In this document: positions 20,000-29,697 of the stretch, in pieces
How the letters are laid out: each line of letters begins with the position of its first letter
Position numbering within the stretch: position 1 is the stretch's first letter
Notes under the pieces: model-generated
The model's input: only the letters and a program-made list of their open reading frames with translations
The model's database searches: none
Told to the model about the DNA's origin: nothing
Source of the DNA: Candidatus Omnitrophota bacterium
Lineage (GTDB): Bacteria > Omnitrophota > Gorgyraeia > B26-G9
Direction: 5' to 3'
Length of the DNA stretch: 62,847 nucleotides
NCBI GenBank assembly: GCA_043826565.1
Contig: JBDRPX010000022.1
Coordinates: 1 to 62,847 of the forward strand
Made by a program: the position numbers and the translations under genes

Positions 20000-21280
20000 A
20001 TGTTTGGTACAAATATCTATAAAAAATCAAATCTAATCCGTAATTTGAGTAAAGTATATAGTGGAGACGTTCTCTCAAAAGTTATCGGGGCGTGTACAAC
20101 ACTCATAGTTATACGCGGCTTGGACAAAACTGAATATGCCATGTTTACGGCATTTTACGGGGTACTGGTTTTAATCCCCGAATTAATCGGCTGCGGGATT
20201 AATTTTTCCTTGGTAAGATTTTCCACAGAATTAATTTTTAAGACGAAAAGACGGCCGATTGAATTATATGTTTTTAGTTTTTTATTTCAAATAAGTCTCT
20301 ATTTGGCAATCGGCTCGATCCTGTTTTTCTTAGCCGCTTCCGTGAATAATGTTTTGTTTGGCAATAAGGATTTTGTTTTGCCTTTGAAATACGGATTAAT
20401 TGCCGGATTTGGATATTTGATTACACAAGCTGCCCGGGGGACTTTTCAAGCGGAGGAAAAGTTTAACTATTACATTAAAACTTTGTTGGCTAGGCAGTGC
20501 GTTACTTTTTTGATTATTTTGTTGTTACTTAAAATCCGACAGTTTGGTTTCTATCAAATAGCGAAGTCTATTATTATCGTGGAAATATTTATCGGCAGTT
20601 TGGTCGTATCCCATATGTTTCGCAAATTTAGTTTTAATGGAGCAATAGAAATTTTTAGGGAAAATCATGAGCTGCTAAAAGGGTTTTTTTCGGCAACGGG
20701 ATGGTTGATGGCATATTTCTTTGCTCTATCCAGTTTTCAAAGGCTGGATATCTTTATGCTTGCGCATCTTTCTACAATGGAAGAGATTGCTAACTATGGT
20801 GTTGCTTATAAATATTATATGTTGGCATTATTGCCGCTGGCTTCAATTCATACGGTACTTTTGCCAAGGTTTTCCAAAGAAAATATGCAGGATTTTGCCT
20901 TACAGCGCAAATTTACCTATAAGTGGCTTAAAATATCTGTTTGGGTTATAATCCCTATTGCAATTTTTGATATTTGGGGGAAAAATCTTTTTGTTTGGCT
21001 AAATGGCACACAATATGAAAAATCATTTCCCATACTAATTATATTTTCAATTGGGATTTGGCTTAGCCTAATGTTTAGTCCTCTAGTTAATATAATGATC
21101 AGCAGAAAAAATTTTAAACTTCTTTTTGTTTTGGGATTAAGTGCATTAGTTCTTAACTTCGTCGGGAATTATTTCCTGATTCCTGTTTGGGGTGGAGGGG
21201 CCGCGGCGATAGTTACGGTTGCCTCTTATGCTTTAATAAATTTAATTTCCGGAATGAAAATATTATTTTGGGCAAAGTAA
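20000..21280 (+). CDS. oligosaccharide flippase (Wzx/MOP superfamily-like)
   Basis: About 12 hydrophobic helices, size and locus position typical of Wzx. No soluble domain. Confidence 0.65.
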   Translation: MFGTNIYKKSNLIRNLSKVYSGDVLSKVIGACTTLIVIRGLDKTEYAMFTAFYGVLVLIPELIGCGINFSLVRFSTELIFKTKRRPIELYVFSFLFQISLYLAIGSILFFLAASVNNVLFGNKDFVLPLKYGLIAGFGYLITQAARGTFQAEEKFNYYIKTLLARQCVTFLIILLLLKIRQFGFYQIAKSIIIVEIFIGSLVVSHMFRKFSFNGAIEIFRENHELLKGFFSATGWLMAYFFALSSFQRLDIFMLAHLSTMEEIANYGVAYKYYMLALLPLASIHTVLLPRFSKENMQDFALQRKFTYKWLKISVWVIIPIAIFDIWGKNLFVWLNGTQYEKSFPILIIFSIGIWLSLMFSPLVNIMISRKNFKLLFVLGLSALVLNFVGNYFLIPVWGGGAAAIVTVASYALINLISGMKILFWAK

Positions 21281-21281
21281 G

Positions 21282-22424
21282 ATGCAGGATAAAAATATAA
21301 TATTATTGATAAGGTCATATGAAGATGAATCTGATATGGGCAGTTTGCGCTGGCAGAGGTTTCGAAAGTATTTAAGCCGGGCTGGATGGACTATCCACTG
21401 GGTTTGTGTCCGTTTTCCGGAAGCTAACCGGTCAGGATGGGGGCTCAAGCGTGTTTTTGTAACTCTTGGGGAGTTGCGTAAAACGTATAAGCAGGCAAAG
21501 GCTTTGATTGTCTCTCAGAATATTTCGGTAGTGATCGCGACAATTCCTTATGTTAGTCCGATGATTCTTGGGGTAATTTTGAAGTTTAAATTAAAAAATA
21601 AAATAAAACTGATAATGGAACTCAGAGATATATATGCTCGTAATATGCTGATATGTTCCGGGGGGCTTGCCGGGGTAATTAATCAAATAAAGGAAAACTT
21701 GTTTATTAGAAATGCCGATGTGTTCTGGTTTTTGACACCGGGGATAAAAGAACATTATTTGAAATATTACCCTGGAATTGATAAAATTAAGCGTGGTGAT
21801 GTCGTAACTAATGGTTTTGATATTGAGGAATATCCGGAAGTCCTGGAGTCTTCGGGGGGTAAGAATAAATTAGAAATAAATTATTTTGGTACTTTTTACG
21901 GTTCCCGTAATCCTGAGTCATTATTGGAGGCATTGAATGCAATGAAGGATACTCCATTTATTAAGGATGGCAAGCTTAAATTAAATGTTTACGGCCGTAT
22001 GCTAAAGTATCCTTTAGCGGAAAGAATAAAATTTTTTCAGCTCGAGACAATCGTAGAGTTTCATGGATTAAAATCGCATGATTTTATACTAAATAAATAT
22101 AATGAATCGGATGTGCTTCTTATTATTACGCATAAGGCGGGAAGTGAATATGCTTTGCCGGGAAAACTATTTGAGTATATGGGGTCAACTCGACCGGTAT
22201 GGGTAATAACCGAGGATAAATTGTTGGTTGAAGCTATTGAGAAATATAAGCTTGGTTTTATAAGCGGGCATGAGACAGACCTAATTCGTAAAACGCTTGA
22301 GCAAATAATACACAGTTATATCCAAAACAAGGGAAACCTTAAGGCGATTGAGTCTCCGGATGAATTTAATGTTTGTAATATTTCAAAAAAGATTGATAAT
22401 TTATTGGAAACATTGCTGATTTAA
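21282..22424 (+). CDS. putative glycosyltransferase (GT-B-like)
   Basis: C-terminal ALPGKLFEYMGSTRPVWVIT resembles the GT-B EX7E region. Otherwise weak. Confidence 0.45.
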   Translation: MQDKNIILLIRSYEDESDMGSLRWQRFRKYLSRAGWTIHWVCVRFPEANRSGWGLKRVFVTLGELRKTYKQAKALIVSQNISVVIATIPYVSPMILGVILKFKLKNKIKLIMELRDIYARNMLICSGGLAGVINQIKENLFIRNADVFWFLTPGIKEHYLKYYPGIDKIKRGDVVTNGFDIEEYPEVLESSGGKNKLEINYFGTFYGSRNPESLLEALNAMKDTPFIKDGKLKLNVYGRMLKYPLAERIKFFQLETIVEFHGLKSHDFILNKYNESDVLLIITHKAGSEYALPGKLFEYMGSTRPVWVITEDKLLVEAIEKYKLGFISGHETDLIRKTLEQIIHSYIQNKGNLKAIESPDEFNVCNISKKIDNLLETLLI

Positions 22425-22487
22425 TATAAAATAAATCTATTCAAAATAATTGAGAATATGGACAAGTTGAAAGTAGGGAAGAAATAA

Positions 22488-24338
22488 ATGTGTAGTAAAA
22501 CATCGATAAGGATAGATAAGGTATTATTTGTAATTATCGTTCTTACGCATATTTTTTTAGGAGTAATACCGGCGTGTGCTCAGGAAGTTCCTTCTCAGTA
22601 TGAAGTATGGGGTAAACAAATTTCCCGGATGAATATCCCCAAAGGCTTAAAAGAGGTTCAAGACCGTGAGGATAGTGAATATTTATTCACGAATGCCGAA
22701 AGAAAAAATGGGTATGTGATATTTTTTAATAACTACCTGGACCTGGTATATTATCATACTCTGCCTAATGCGGATTCGATTAAGAAAAAACTGGAAACTT
22801 CCATAGCCCTAGGTGAATATGAGCCGATGACTTTTAGTGTAAGGTCTTTGGAAGATTTAAAAAATGTTACGGTAACCGCAAGTGATTTAAAAGGCCGGGG
22901 AAAGGATTTAATCGCCAAAGAGAATATAGATATCCGGGTTGTCCGCCATGTGCCGGTTTTAAAAAAGAACAAAGCGGACAGGTTTTCTTATAAGCCGATT
23001 GTTTTAGAGAAAAGAGAAACCTGTAACATTACAAAAGGCAAGACCAAGCGTTTTTGGATCACGATTTATGTTTCCCGGGATACTGCTCCGGGAAAATATA
23101 CGGGAAAGATAAAATTTCAGCCGGAAAAAAAGAAAGCGGATTATATCCCTATAGAGGTGGAAGTATTACCGATATTGTTAAAGGACCCCCAGAGGCGCTA
23201 CGGGATTTACTATAATAATGATAATCGCTGGGAAGGTTTTTATCCGGAAAATATTAATAAACATTTTGCCGATATTCGCGAACACGGCCTTTCTGTAGTT
23301 ACACTTTATGGTGTGCCGGAAATAAAAAAAACAGAAGATGGTTTGGAATTGGATTTTTCTACTCCGGGTTTTACTTCTTCCTGGTCGATAGAGACTTTTT
23401 TGGAAAACTATACCCAGGCCGGCTTAAAAGGCCCGCTGATATTTATGGGGCTTGATTATCTGCTGCGCTTTAAAATAGCGTCGGCTTTAGAATATGAAAT
23501 GTATACTAAGGAGTTTGACCAGGCTTATAAGGAATTAGTTAAAAAAATTCAGGAGAACGCGGGGATCGAAAGCTGGCCGGAACTGATTTTTTCACCGGTT
23601 GATGAGCCGGCAACGGATTCGGAAAAGATGCGTACCGCCCGCTGTTACCTGCAGTTACTAAAAGAAGCAATTCCTGATGCTCAGACTTATATTACTTGTT
23701 ACGGCGGCTGGAAAGGGATTGACGATGCTAAGGTTCTAGATGAGTGGCTGGATATCCGATGTTATGATTGGCTCAATGAACAGTTTATTCAGCAGACCAG
23801 AAAGGCCCGGGATAAGCTCTGGGTTTATAACGGAGGTTCTTTCGGCAGGAATCCGGTATTGGATAGATTTTTTTACGGATTTTACGCGGAATGTATCGGA
23901 GCGGACGGAGTAATGCAGTGGGGATACCAGTGGCCTAAAGAGCTCGGAGTTAGTCCTTATGACGAGCTTAAAGTGGGAGCGCAGGGATGGTATTATACCT
24001 ATCCTACGGCCTGGGGTCCGATTCCTACGGCCGGCTGGGAAGGCGTAAGGGAAGGCGTCGATGATGCCCGCTATGTCGCTACCTTAAAGGCCTTAATTAG
24101 CGAGGTGGAAAGAGTGGGTACTCCGGAATTCATTGAAAAGGCAGAAGCAGCGAAAAAAATAATAAAGGACATCCTAAAGAATATTGATATTGATTCACAA
24201 ACCGCAAAACGTTATGAGATTGCTATAAATATTACAAATAATTCCGCGCAATTTGACCAGTGGAGACAACAGATAATTACAGAAATTATTAGTTTACAGA
24301 AGGCATTAAAAAAAAATAAACCTAAGGAGAAAAAGTAG
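22488..24338 (+). CDS. secreted hypothetical protein, possible glycan-active enzyme
   Basis: Signal peptide (VLFVIIVLTHIFLGVIPACAQE). An N-terminal beta-rich region and a W/Y-rich central region suggest a glycoside-hydrolase-like fold. The family is not confidently recognised. Confidence 0.5.
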   Translation: MCSKTSIRIDKVLFVIIVLTHIFLGVIPACAQEVPSQYEVWGKQISRMNIPKGLKEVQDREDSEYLFTNAERKNGYVIFFNNYLDLVYYHTLPNADSIKKKLETSIALGEYEPMTFSVRSLEDLKNVTVTASDLKGRGKDLIAKENIDIRVVRHVPVLKKNKADRFSYKPIVLEKRETCNITKGKTKRFWITIYVSRDTAPGKYTGKIKFQPEKKKADYIPIEVEVLPILLKDPQRRYGIYYNNDNRWEGFYPENINKHFADIREHGLSVVTLYGVPEIKKTEDGLELDFSTPGFTSSWSIETFLENYTQAGLKGPLIFMGLDYLLRFKIASALEYEMYTKEFDQAYKELVKKIQENAGIESWPELIFSPVDEPATDSEKMRTARCYLQLLKEAIPDAQTYITCYGGWKGIDDAKVLDEWLDIRCYDWLNEQFIQQTRKARDKLWVYNGGSFGRNPVLDRFFYGFYAECIGADGVMQWGYQWPKELGVSPYDELKVGAQGWYYTYPTAWGPIPTAGWEGVREGVDDARYVATLKALISEVERVGTPEFIEKAEAAKKIIKDILKNIDIDSQTAKRYEIAINITNNSAQFDQWRQQIITEIISLQKALKKNKPKEKK

Positions 24339-25462
24339 TGAAAAAAAAGATAAAAGTATTCACGATTTTAGGTACCCGGCCGGAAGTTATAAAACTGGCT
24401 CCGGTAATCCAGGAACTCAAAAAACATCAGAAAACGATTATTTCCAAGGTTGTGCTTACCGGACAGCACCGGAGCATGGTTGATCAGTTTCTTGATCTCT
24501 TCGGGATAAAGCCGGATTTTGATCTGGATATCATGCTGAAAAACCAGACGCTTTTTGATGTTTCCAGCCGGTGTATCAGCCGGTTGTCGGTTATTTTGCA
24601 GAAAGAAATGCCGGACATTATTCTGGTGCAGGGGGATACGACAACGGCTTTTATCGCGGCTCTCTGCGGTTTTTATTTAAAAATACCTACCGGGCATGTG
24701 GAAGCCGGATTGCGCACTTATGATAAGTTCCGGCCGTACCCTGAGGAAGTTAACCGTCAGCTTATTTCCGTTGTCGCGGACATGCATTTTGTTCCGACGA
24801 AAGTTTCCCGGGATAATTTGTTAAAAGAAAAGATAAGCAGCCGGAGTATCTATCTTACGGGTAATACGGTTGTCGACGCATTATACTCGATCGCTAAAAG
24901 AAAACATGAATTTACTGATCCGGTGCTTAAAAAAATCGATTTTAAAAATAAAAAGGTTATCCTGGTAACCGCGCATAGAAGGGAAAGTTTCGGCGGGCCG
25001 TTTCAATCGATCTGCCGGGCGCTCGAGAGCATTGCGGATATTGAAAATACCGAGATCATATATCCGGTACATTTAAATCCTAATGTGCAGAAACCGGTGC
25101 ATGAGCTGTTAAAGAGTAAGAAGAATATTCATCTCTTAAAGCCGTTGGATTATTTATCTCTGGTGCATATCCTGAAGGATTGTTATTTTGTCTTAAGTGA
25201 TTCCGGCGGGATACAGGAAGAAGCTCCGACTTTCGGAAAACCGATTCTGGTTATGAGAGAAGTTACCGAACGTCCGGAGGGAGTTTCTTCCGGGATTGCC
25301 AAATTAGTGGGCATGGATCACGAGAGAATTATCAAGGAAACAAAAAAACTTCTCAATTCTAAAGCAGCTTATGATAAAATGGCCCGGGTGGTTAATCCTT
25401 ACGGAGACGGAAAAGCGGCAAAACGGATTGTCTCGGCGATACAAGGGAGATTTAGCGTATAA
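24338..25462 (+). CDS. wecB: UDP-N-acetylglucosamine 2-epimerase (non-hydrolysing), copy 2
   Basis: GTG start. ILGTRPEVIKLAPV, TGQHRSMVDQ, QGDTTTAF, VEAGLRTYDKFRPYPEEVNR, DSGGIQEEAP. Confidence 0.9.
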   Translation: MKKKIKVFTILGTRPEVIKLAPVIQELKKHQKTIISKVVLTGQHRSMVDQFLDLFGIKPDFDLDIMLKNQTLFDVSSRCISRLSVILQKEMPDIILVQGDTTTAFIAALCGFYLKIPTGHVEAGLRTYDKFRPYPEEVNRQLISVVADMHFVPTKVSRDNLLKEKISSRSIYLTGNTVVDALYSIAKRKHEFTDPVLKKIDFKNKKVILVTAHRRESFGGPFQSICRALESIADIENTEIIYPVHLNPNVQKPVHELLKSKKNIHLLKPLDYLSLVHILKDCYFVLSDSGGIQEEAPTFGKPILVMREVTERPEGVSSGIAKLVGMDHERIIKETKKLLNSKAAYDKMARVVNPYGDGKAAKRIVSAIQGRFSV

Positions 25463-26604
25463 TGATCAAAATAATATTCTGGTTTATTTTTGCGCTGGTG
25501 TTGTTTATCTATTTCGGCTATCCTCTGGTAATGGCGGTTTTGGCGATACTGTTTAAAAAAGAACATCGCTATGACGATGGGTTTACTCCCAGCGTTACAA
25601 TGCTTATCCCCGCGTATAATGAAGAAAGTGTGATCAAAGAAAAACTGGAGAATACTCTTATTCTGGATTATCCCAAAGACAAATTAGAAGCGATCGTTAT
25701 GATCGACCAAAGCAGTGATAAGACCGAAGAGATTGTGAGAAGTTTTGCGGGTAAAGGCATAAAAATGTGGGTGCAGGTCCCGCGCCAGGGAAAAATGTCG
25801 GCTTTAAATTATATGCTGCCGAAGGCTCAGGGAGAAATAATCGTATTATCTGACGCTAATTCCATGTATAAGCCGGATGCGATCAAAAAGCTGGTGCGGC
25901 ATTTTAGTGACCCGAAGATCGGACTGGTTTGCGGAGAGCTGCGGCTGATTGATCCGAATACTCTGGTGGGATTAGGGGAGAATTTTTATTGGCGGTATGA
26001 GAAGTTTGTTAAAATCAGAGAAAGCCTTATGCATCAGTTATTAGTTGTGAACGGTTCGATTTATTCAATAAGAAAAGAGTTGTTTTCCGAAGTAGATCCG
26101 GCTTTAGCGGATGACTTTGTTCTGCCGATGCGCATTGCCGTTAAAGGATATGGATTGATCTATGAACCGGAAGCAATAAACGAGGAAAAAGTTTCCGATA
26201 CGGCTCAGGACCAGTTTAACCGTAAGGTAAGGATCATCAGCCAGGGTGTGGGTGCTTCATTTTCGGTGATGGGTATTTTGTTTAAATCTTCAGCTTTAAG
26301 GATATTTGAGTTTTTCTTTCATAAATTTCTGCGCTGGTTTGTTTTTCTTTTTACCAGCATACTATTCGGCCTGAATATACTCTTATTATCATCACCGCTT
26401 TATCTGAAGATATTTATCGCGCAGATAGTGTTTTATCTGTTTTCCCTGATCGGCTATATTTTACAGAAAAAGGGAAAGCATATTAAAATATTCTTTGTAC
26501 CGTTTTATTTTTTTCTGGTTAACTTTGCTTCTTTTTGCGGGGTATTGGGTTTCTTATTTGGTAAGAAAAAAGCAACTTGGGAGAAGGCGGAAAGCACACG
26601 ATGA
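25462..26604 (+). CDS. glycosyltransferase family 2 with N- and C-terminal TM helices (synthase-like)
   Basis: IPAYNEESVI, LSDANS (DxD-like), and a C-terminal cluster of 3-4 TM helices. Confidence 0.8.
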   Translation: MIKIIFWFIFALVLFIYFGYPLVMAVLAILFKKEHRYDDGFTPSVTMLIPAYNEESVIKEKLENTLILDYPKDKLEAIVMIDQSSDKTEEIVRSFAGKGIKMWVQVPRQGKMSALNYMLPKAQGEIIVLSDANSMYKPDAIKKLVRHFSDPKIGLVCGELRLIDPNTLVGLGENFYWRYEKFVKIRESLMHQLLVVNGSIYSIRKELFSEVDPALADDFVLPMRIAVKGYGLIYEPEAINEEKVSDTAQDQFNRKVRIISQGVGASFSVMGILFKSSALRIFEFFFHKFLRWFVFLFTSILFGLNILLLSSPLYLKIFIAQIVFYLFSLIGYILQKKGKHIKIFFVPFYFFLVNFASFCGVLGFLFGKKKATWEKAESTR

Positions 26605-27647
26605 ATAATATTACTGCGTATATACTGTTGTTTATTTGCGCGTTTTTAGGAGCATATGGCGCTACTTTTATTGTGCGTAAGTGGGCAGAGTCTAAGCAAT
26701 TATTTGATAAGCCCGCTCGGCGCAAGGTCCATACCCGCAAGATTCCTACCCTCGGCGGAATAGCGATTTGGCTGGGATTTAATCTGGCTATGTGGCTGGC
26801 TTTTTTTCTGCTGCCGGAATTAAGAGCCGGGTTCGGCTTTCAGTTTATGGGGATCAGCATCGGATTATTTGTAATTTTTGTTACCGGGATTGTCGATGAT
26901 CTGCGGGATTTAAACGCGAAATTTAAGCTGGTTATCCAAATCGTCGTGGCCATAATGCTGATCATTTATGGTTTTGAGATCGACCTGATCACAAATCCCT
27001 TAGGTGACGGCAGTCAGGCTTTGGGGATCTTAAGCGTGTTCATAACCATAATCTGGATAGTCGGCATGATCAACGCGATCAATTTATTGGACGGTTTAGA
27101 TGGTTTGGCCGCGGGAGTAAGCGCGATCGCTGTTTTTTTTCTTTTTATCGCGGCTGTTCAGATGAACATGCTCGCGGTAGCGGTCTTGAGTATATGTCTT
27201 ATCGGAGCTTTAGCCGGATTCCTCCCTCATAATTTTTTTCCCGCGAAGATATTTATGGGTAATACCGGAAGTATGTTCTTAGGCCTGATTCTTTCGATTA
27301 TCGCGATTGCCGGGTTTCAAAAAAGAACCGCGGTGTTTACATTGTTTGTACCGTTTATGGCTATGGCCATTCCTATCCTCGATACTTTTTTATCCATCTT
27401 TAGGCGTTTTATGAGAAGGCAGCCGATCTTTAAAGCGGATAAAGAACATATTCACCATAAATTGCTCAAGCTTGAACATTCTCAGTCCCGGGTCGTGATC
27501 TCGCTTTATTTTCTCACCGGGTGTTTCGGATTGATCGCTTTAGGTTTTTCCCGTTTACAGGGAGGGTACGCGCTGATCGCTTTAGTTATTGTTGCCGTGG
27601 TTACGATCAAATGGCTCAAGAGCTGGGGTTTTCTTGACTTTAAATAA
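26601..27647 (+). CDS. polyprenyl-phosphate HexNAc-1-phosphate transferase (WecA/MraY family)
   Basis: GIVDDLRDL (DDxxD) and INAINLLDGLDGLAAG motifs. About 10 TM helices. ATG 26601 preferred over the track start at 26577. Confidence 0.85.
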   Translation: MNNITAYILLFICAFLGAYGATFIVRKWAESKQLFDKPARRKVHTRKIPTLGGIAIWLGFNLAMWLAFFLLPELRAGFGFQFMGISIGLFVIFVTGIVDDLRDLNAKFKLVIQIVVAIMLIIYGFEIDLITNPLGDGSQALGILSVFITIIWIVGMINAINLLDGLDGLAAGVSAIAVFFLFIAAVQMNMLAVAVLSICLIGALAGFLPHNFFPAKIFMGNTGSMFLGLILSIIAIAGFQKRTAVFTLFVPFMAMAIPILDTFLSIFRRFMRRQPIFKADKEHIHHKLLKLEHSQSRVVISLYFLTGCFGLIALGFSRLQGGYALIALVIVAVVTIKWLKSWGFLDFK

Positions 27648-27704
27648 TACATGAGATAAACTTTTAAATACGTTCAAACGAGGGTAATGTCAAGAGGAGG
27701 GAAT

Positions 27705-27732
27705 TCAAAAGTCAAAGGTCAAAACTCAAAAG
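27705..27732 (+). repeat. 7-nt phased array TCAAAAG TCAAAGG TCAAAAC TCAAAAG
   Basis: Read directly. Four in-phase heptamers in the spacer after the stop at 27647. Confidence 0.85.
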
Positions 27733-27828
27733 TGCCAGCCTCGCCAGCTCAGCTAGGCGGGCAAGTTAAAAGTAAAAATAATCAGAAAAGATTTTAATTT
27801 ATATTATTTTTAATAATATGAATTTATG

Positions 27829-27950
27829 ATAATAAATAAGTTTTAAATTTTAAATTGAATTTTTGAATTTTGCCTTTTGATTTTAGACTTATAAAGCAGG
27901 TTAGTTAAAAAAACTAATAAATATTGAATCAACCTTGAATTTTGACAATA
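27829..27950 (+). repeat. Copy B of the ~122-125 bp intergenic element (partner 17-141)
   Basis: See copy A. Ends 28 nt before ATG 27979. Confidence 0.85.
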
Positions 27951-27978
27951 CGCTAATGAGAAATAGGGGAATAATATT

Positions 27979-28839
27979 ATGGAGCAGGGTAAAAAAAGTT
28001 TAATAAAGGTCTGGGGCAGCAGTATCGGTTTGATTTTAAAGCATCCGTCTGTGGTTTTGCCGTTTTTTATTTTGTTTACGCTGGAAGCATTATGGTTAAG
28101 CATGTCTTATTATGCTCCGCGGCCGCCGGTTTCCATATTTATGGGGCCGCTCATAAAAGCGTTTATGGGCGAACAATTCCTTCATTATCCGTTTAATTTT
28201 CTCACTTTGCCGCGTTTGCTTATTATTGGAAGGGTCTTCGGGCATCTTAGTTTCGGGGTTATTGCTTTGGCGATGACAGCTTTGGCAACTCAGCAGCTTA
28301 CGCAGGATCACAGCGGAGTGAGATTATTCGGAAACTTTAACCGGTCATTTCGCCGATATCCGTCGCTGGTATCCGTCGGATTATTATTCGGTTCGGGATG
28401 TCTGATCTTTCATAAAGTACCCCGGATAATTTTCGCGAGATTCATTGCCGGGGGTGTTGATGATCAATTCGGGATTATTTTTGTATTTATTCTTTCGTTT
28501 TTACTGATCGTACTGCTGGAGATGTTTCTGGTTTACGCGCCGATATTTATTATAATTATGCGGCAGAAACTCTGGACAGCAGTGAGGAATTCAATTATGT
28601 TTTGCCTTGAATTTTTTTGGCAAACGCTCTCATTTGTTTTGCTTTTTAGAGCGTTGAATCTTATAACTATTTTTATGAAGAATAATCTAAAGGTGATTAT
28701 GCAGGTTCAGTTTCCGCAGTTTCCGGAAGTGGCATTGTTTATTATGTCTGCGGATATTCTGCTATTATTTATAACTCATGTCGCGATCGCGGTAATGGCG
28801 GCGCAGCGGGTATTAACACATAGGGAAATCAAATCATGA
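27979..28839 (+). CDS. multi-pass membrane protein, unknown function
   Basis: AGGGGA RBS. 6-7 hydrophobic helices. First gene of the exosortase operon. Confidence 0.5.
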   Translation: MEQGKKSLIKVWGSSIGLILKHPSVVLPFFILFTLEALWLSMSYYAPRPPVSIFMGPLIKAFMGEQFLHYPFNFLTLPRLLIIGRVFGHLSFGVIALAMTALATQQLTQDHSGVRLFGNFNRSFRRYPSLVSVGLLFGSGCLIFHKVPRIIFARFIAGGVDDQFGIIFVFILSFLLIVLLEMFLVYAPIFIIIMRQKLWTAVRNSIMFCLEFFWQTLSFVLLFRALNLITIFMKNNLKVIMQVQFPQFPEVALFIMSADILLLFITHVAIAVMAAQRVLTHREIKS

Positions 28840-29690
28840 AGAGAAAAATAATTTTAGTTACACTTATGGCTGTCATTGCCGGAGTTTGTTCGGGCTGCGG
28901 AGAGGGCGAGTATGTCGCGGAGAAAAAGTATTTTCATGCTAACCGTAAGCTGGCCATCCTGGAAAAATCGGCGAAGGAGGGTAAAGAACTGGATAAAGCC
29001 TTGATCAATGAATTGGTCTTTGCTTATAAAGAGATTATCTTGCGTTATCCATTTTGGGATAATGCGATACCAGCGCAGTTTAATGTGGCTTTGCTTTACC
29101 GGATGAAAAACGATCTGGAACAGGCGCGCAAAGAATATGAGCGTATTTGCAAGGATAATAGTAGGGATAAGGAAAACTGCGCCAATGCCTTAAGGCATAT
29201 CGCGAATATCTGGGAACAGGAAAACAATTGGGAGGAAGCGGAGAAAGTCTATAAAAAGATCCATGAGGAATATAGATTTACGATCGTCGGCACATTAGTG
29301 CCGATCTATCTGGCGCAGAAGTATTATATACGCGGAGAAATTGAAAAATCAAAAATTGCGACGGAATACGCTTATAATTTTTATAAGGAATTTATCAGCT
29401 CACAGCCGGAAAATATCGCTTCGATAACAGCGATTGATTTTCTTATCGAATGCGCCCGTAGTTTGGGCGCAACCGATGATATGGCGGTCTTCATCCAAGC
29501 ATTGGCGGATAAACATCCGAATACTGTAATTGAGCTTAGATGCTTATATAAATTAGGCCGGTTTTATCAGGACGTGGAAAAGCAGAGCCAGGCTGCGCTT
29601 AAATATTATACGGAAGTTTTGCAAAAATATCCGGATTCAAAGATCGCGCAGGATTTGAGTAAAGAAATTAAAACTTTTTCTAAGGAATAA
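28836..29690 (+). CDS. TPR-like repeat lipoprotein
   Basis: Lipoprotein signal MKRKIILVTLMAVIAGVCSGC. Helical repeat content. ATGA overlap with the upstream gene. Confidence 0.6.
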   Translation: MKRKIILVTLMAVIAGVCSGCGEGEYVAEKKYFHANRKLAILEKSAKEGKELDKALINELVFAYKEIILRYPFWDNAIPAQFNVALLYRMKNDLEQARKEYERICKDNSRDKENCANALRHIANIWEQENNWEEAEKVYKKIHEEYRFTIVGTLVPIYLAQKYYIRGEIEKSKIATEYAYNFYKEFISSQPENIASITAIDFLIECARSLGATDDMAVFIQALADKHPNTVIELRCLYKLGRFYQDVEKQSQAALKYYTEVLQKYPDSKIAQDLSKEIKTFSKE

Positions 29691-29697
29691 ACAGAAT

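Noticed and set aside
27687-27797. 36-aa Lys-rich small ORF (MSRGGNSKVKGQNSKV...) in the spacer after the WecA-like gene
   Set aside because: Its sequence is simply the translation of the TCAAAAG heptamer array. The putative AGGG RBS is only 2 nt from the ATG. There is no support for coding.
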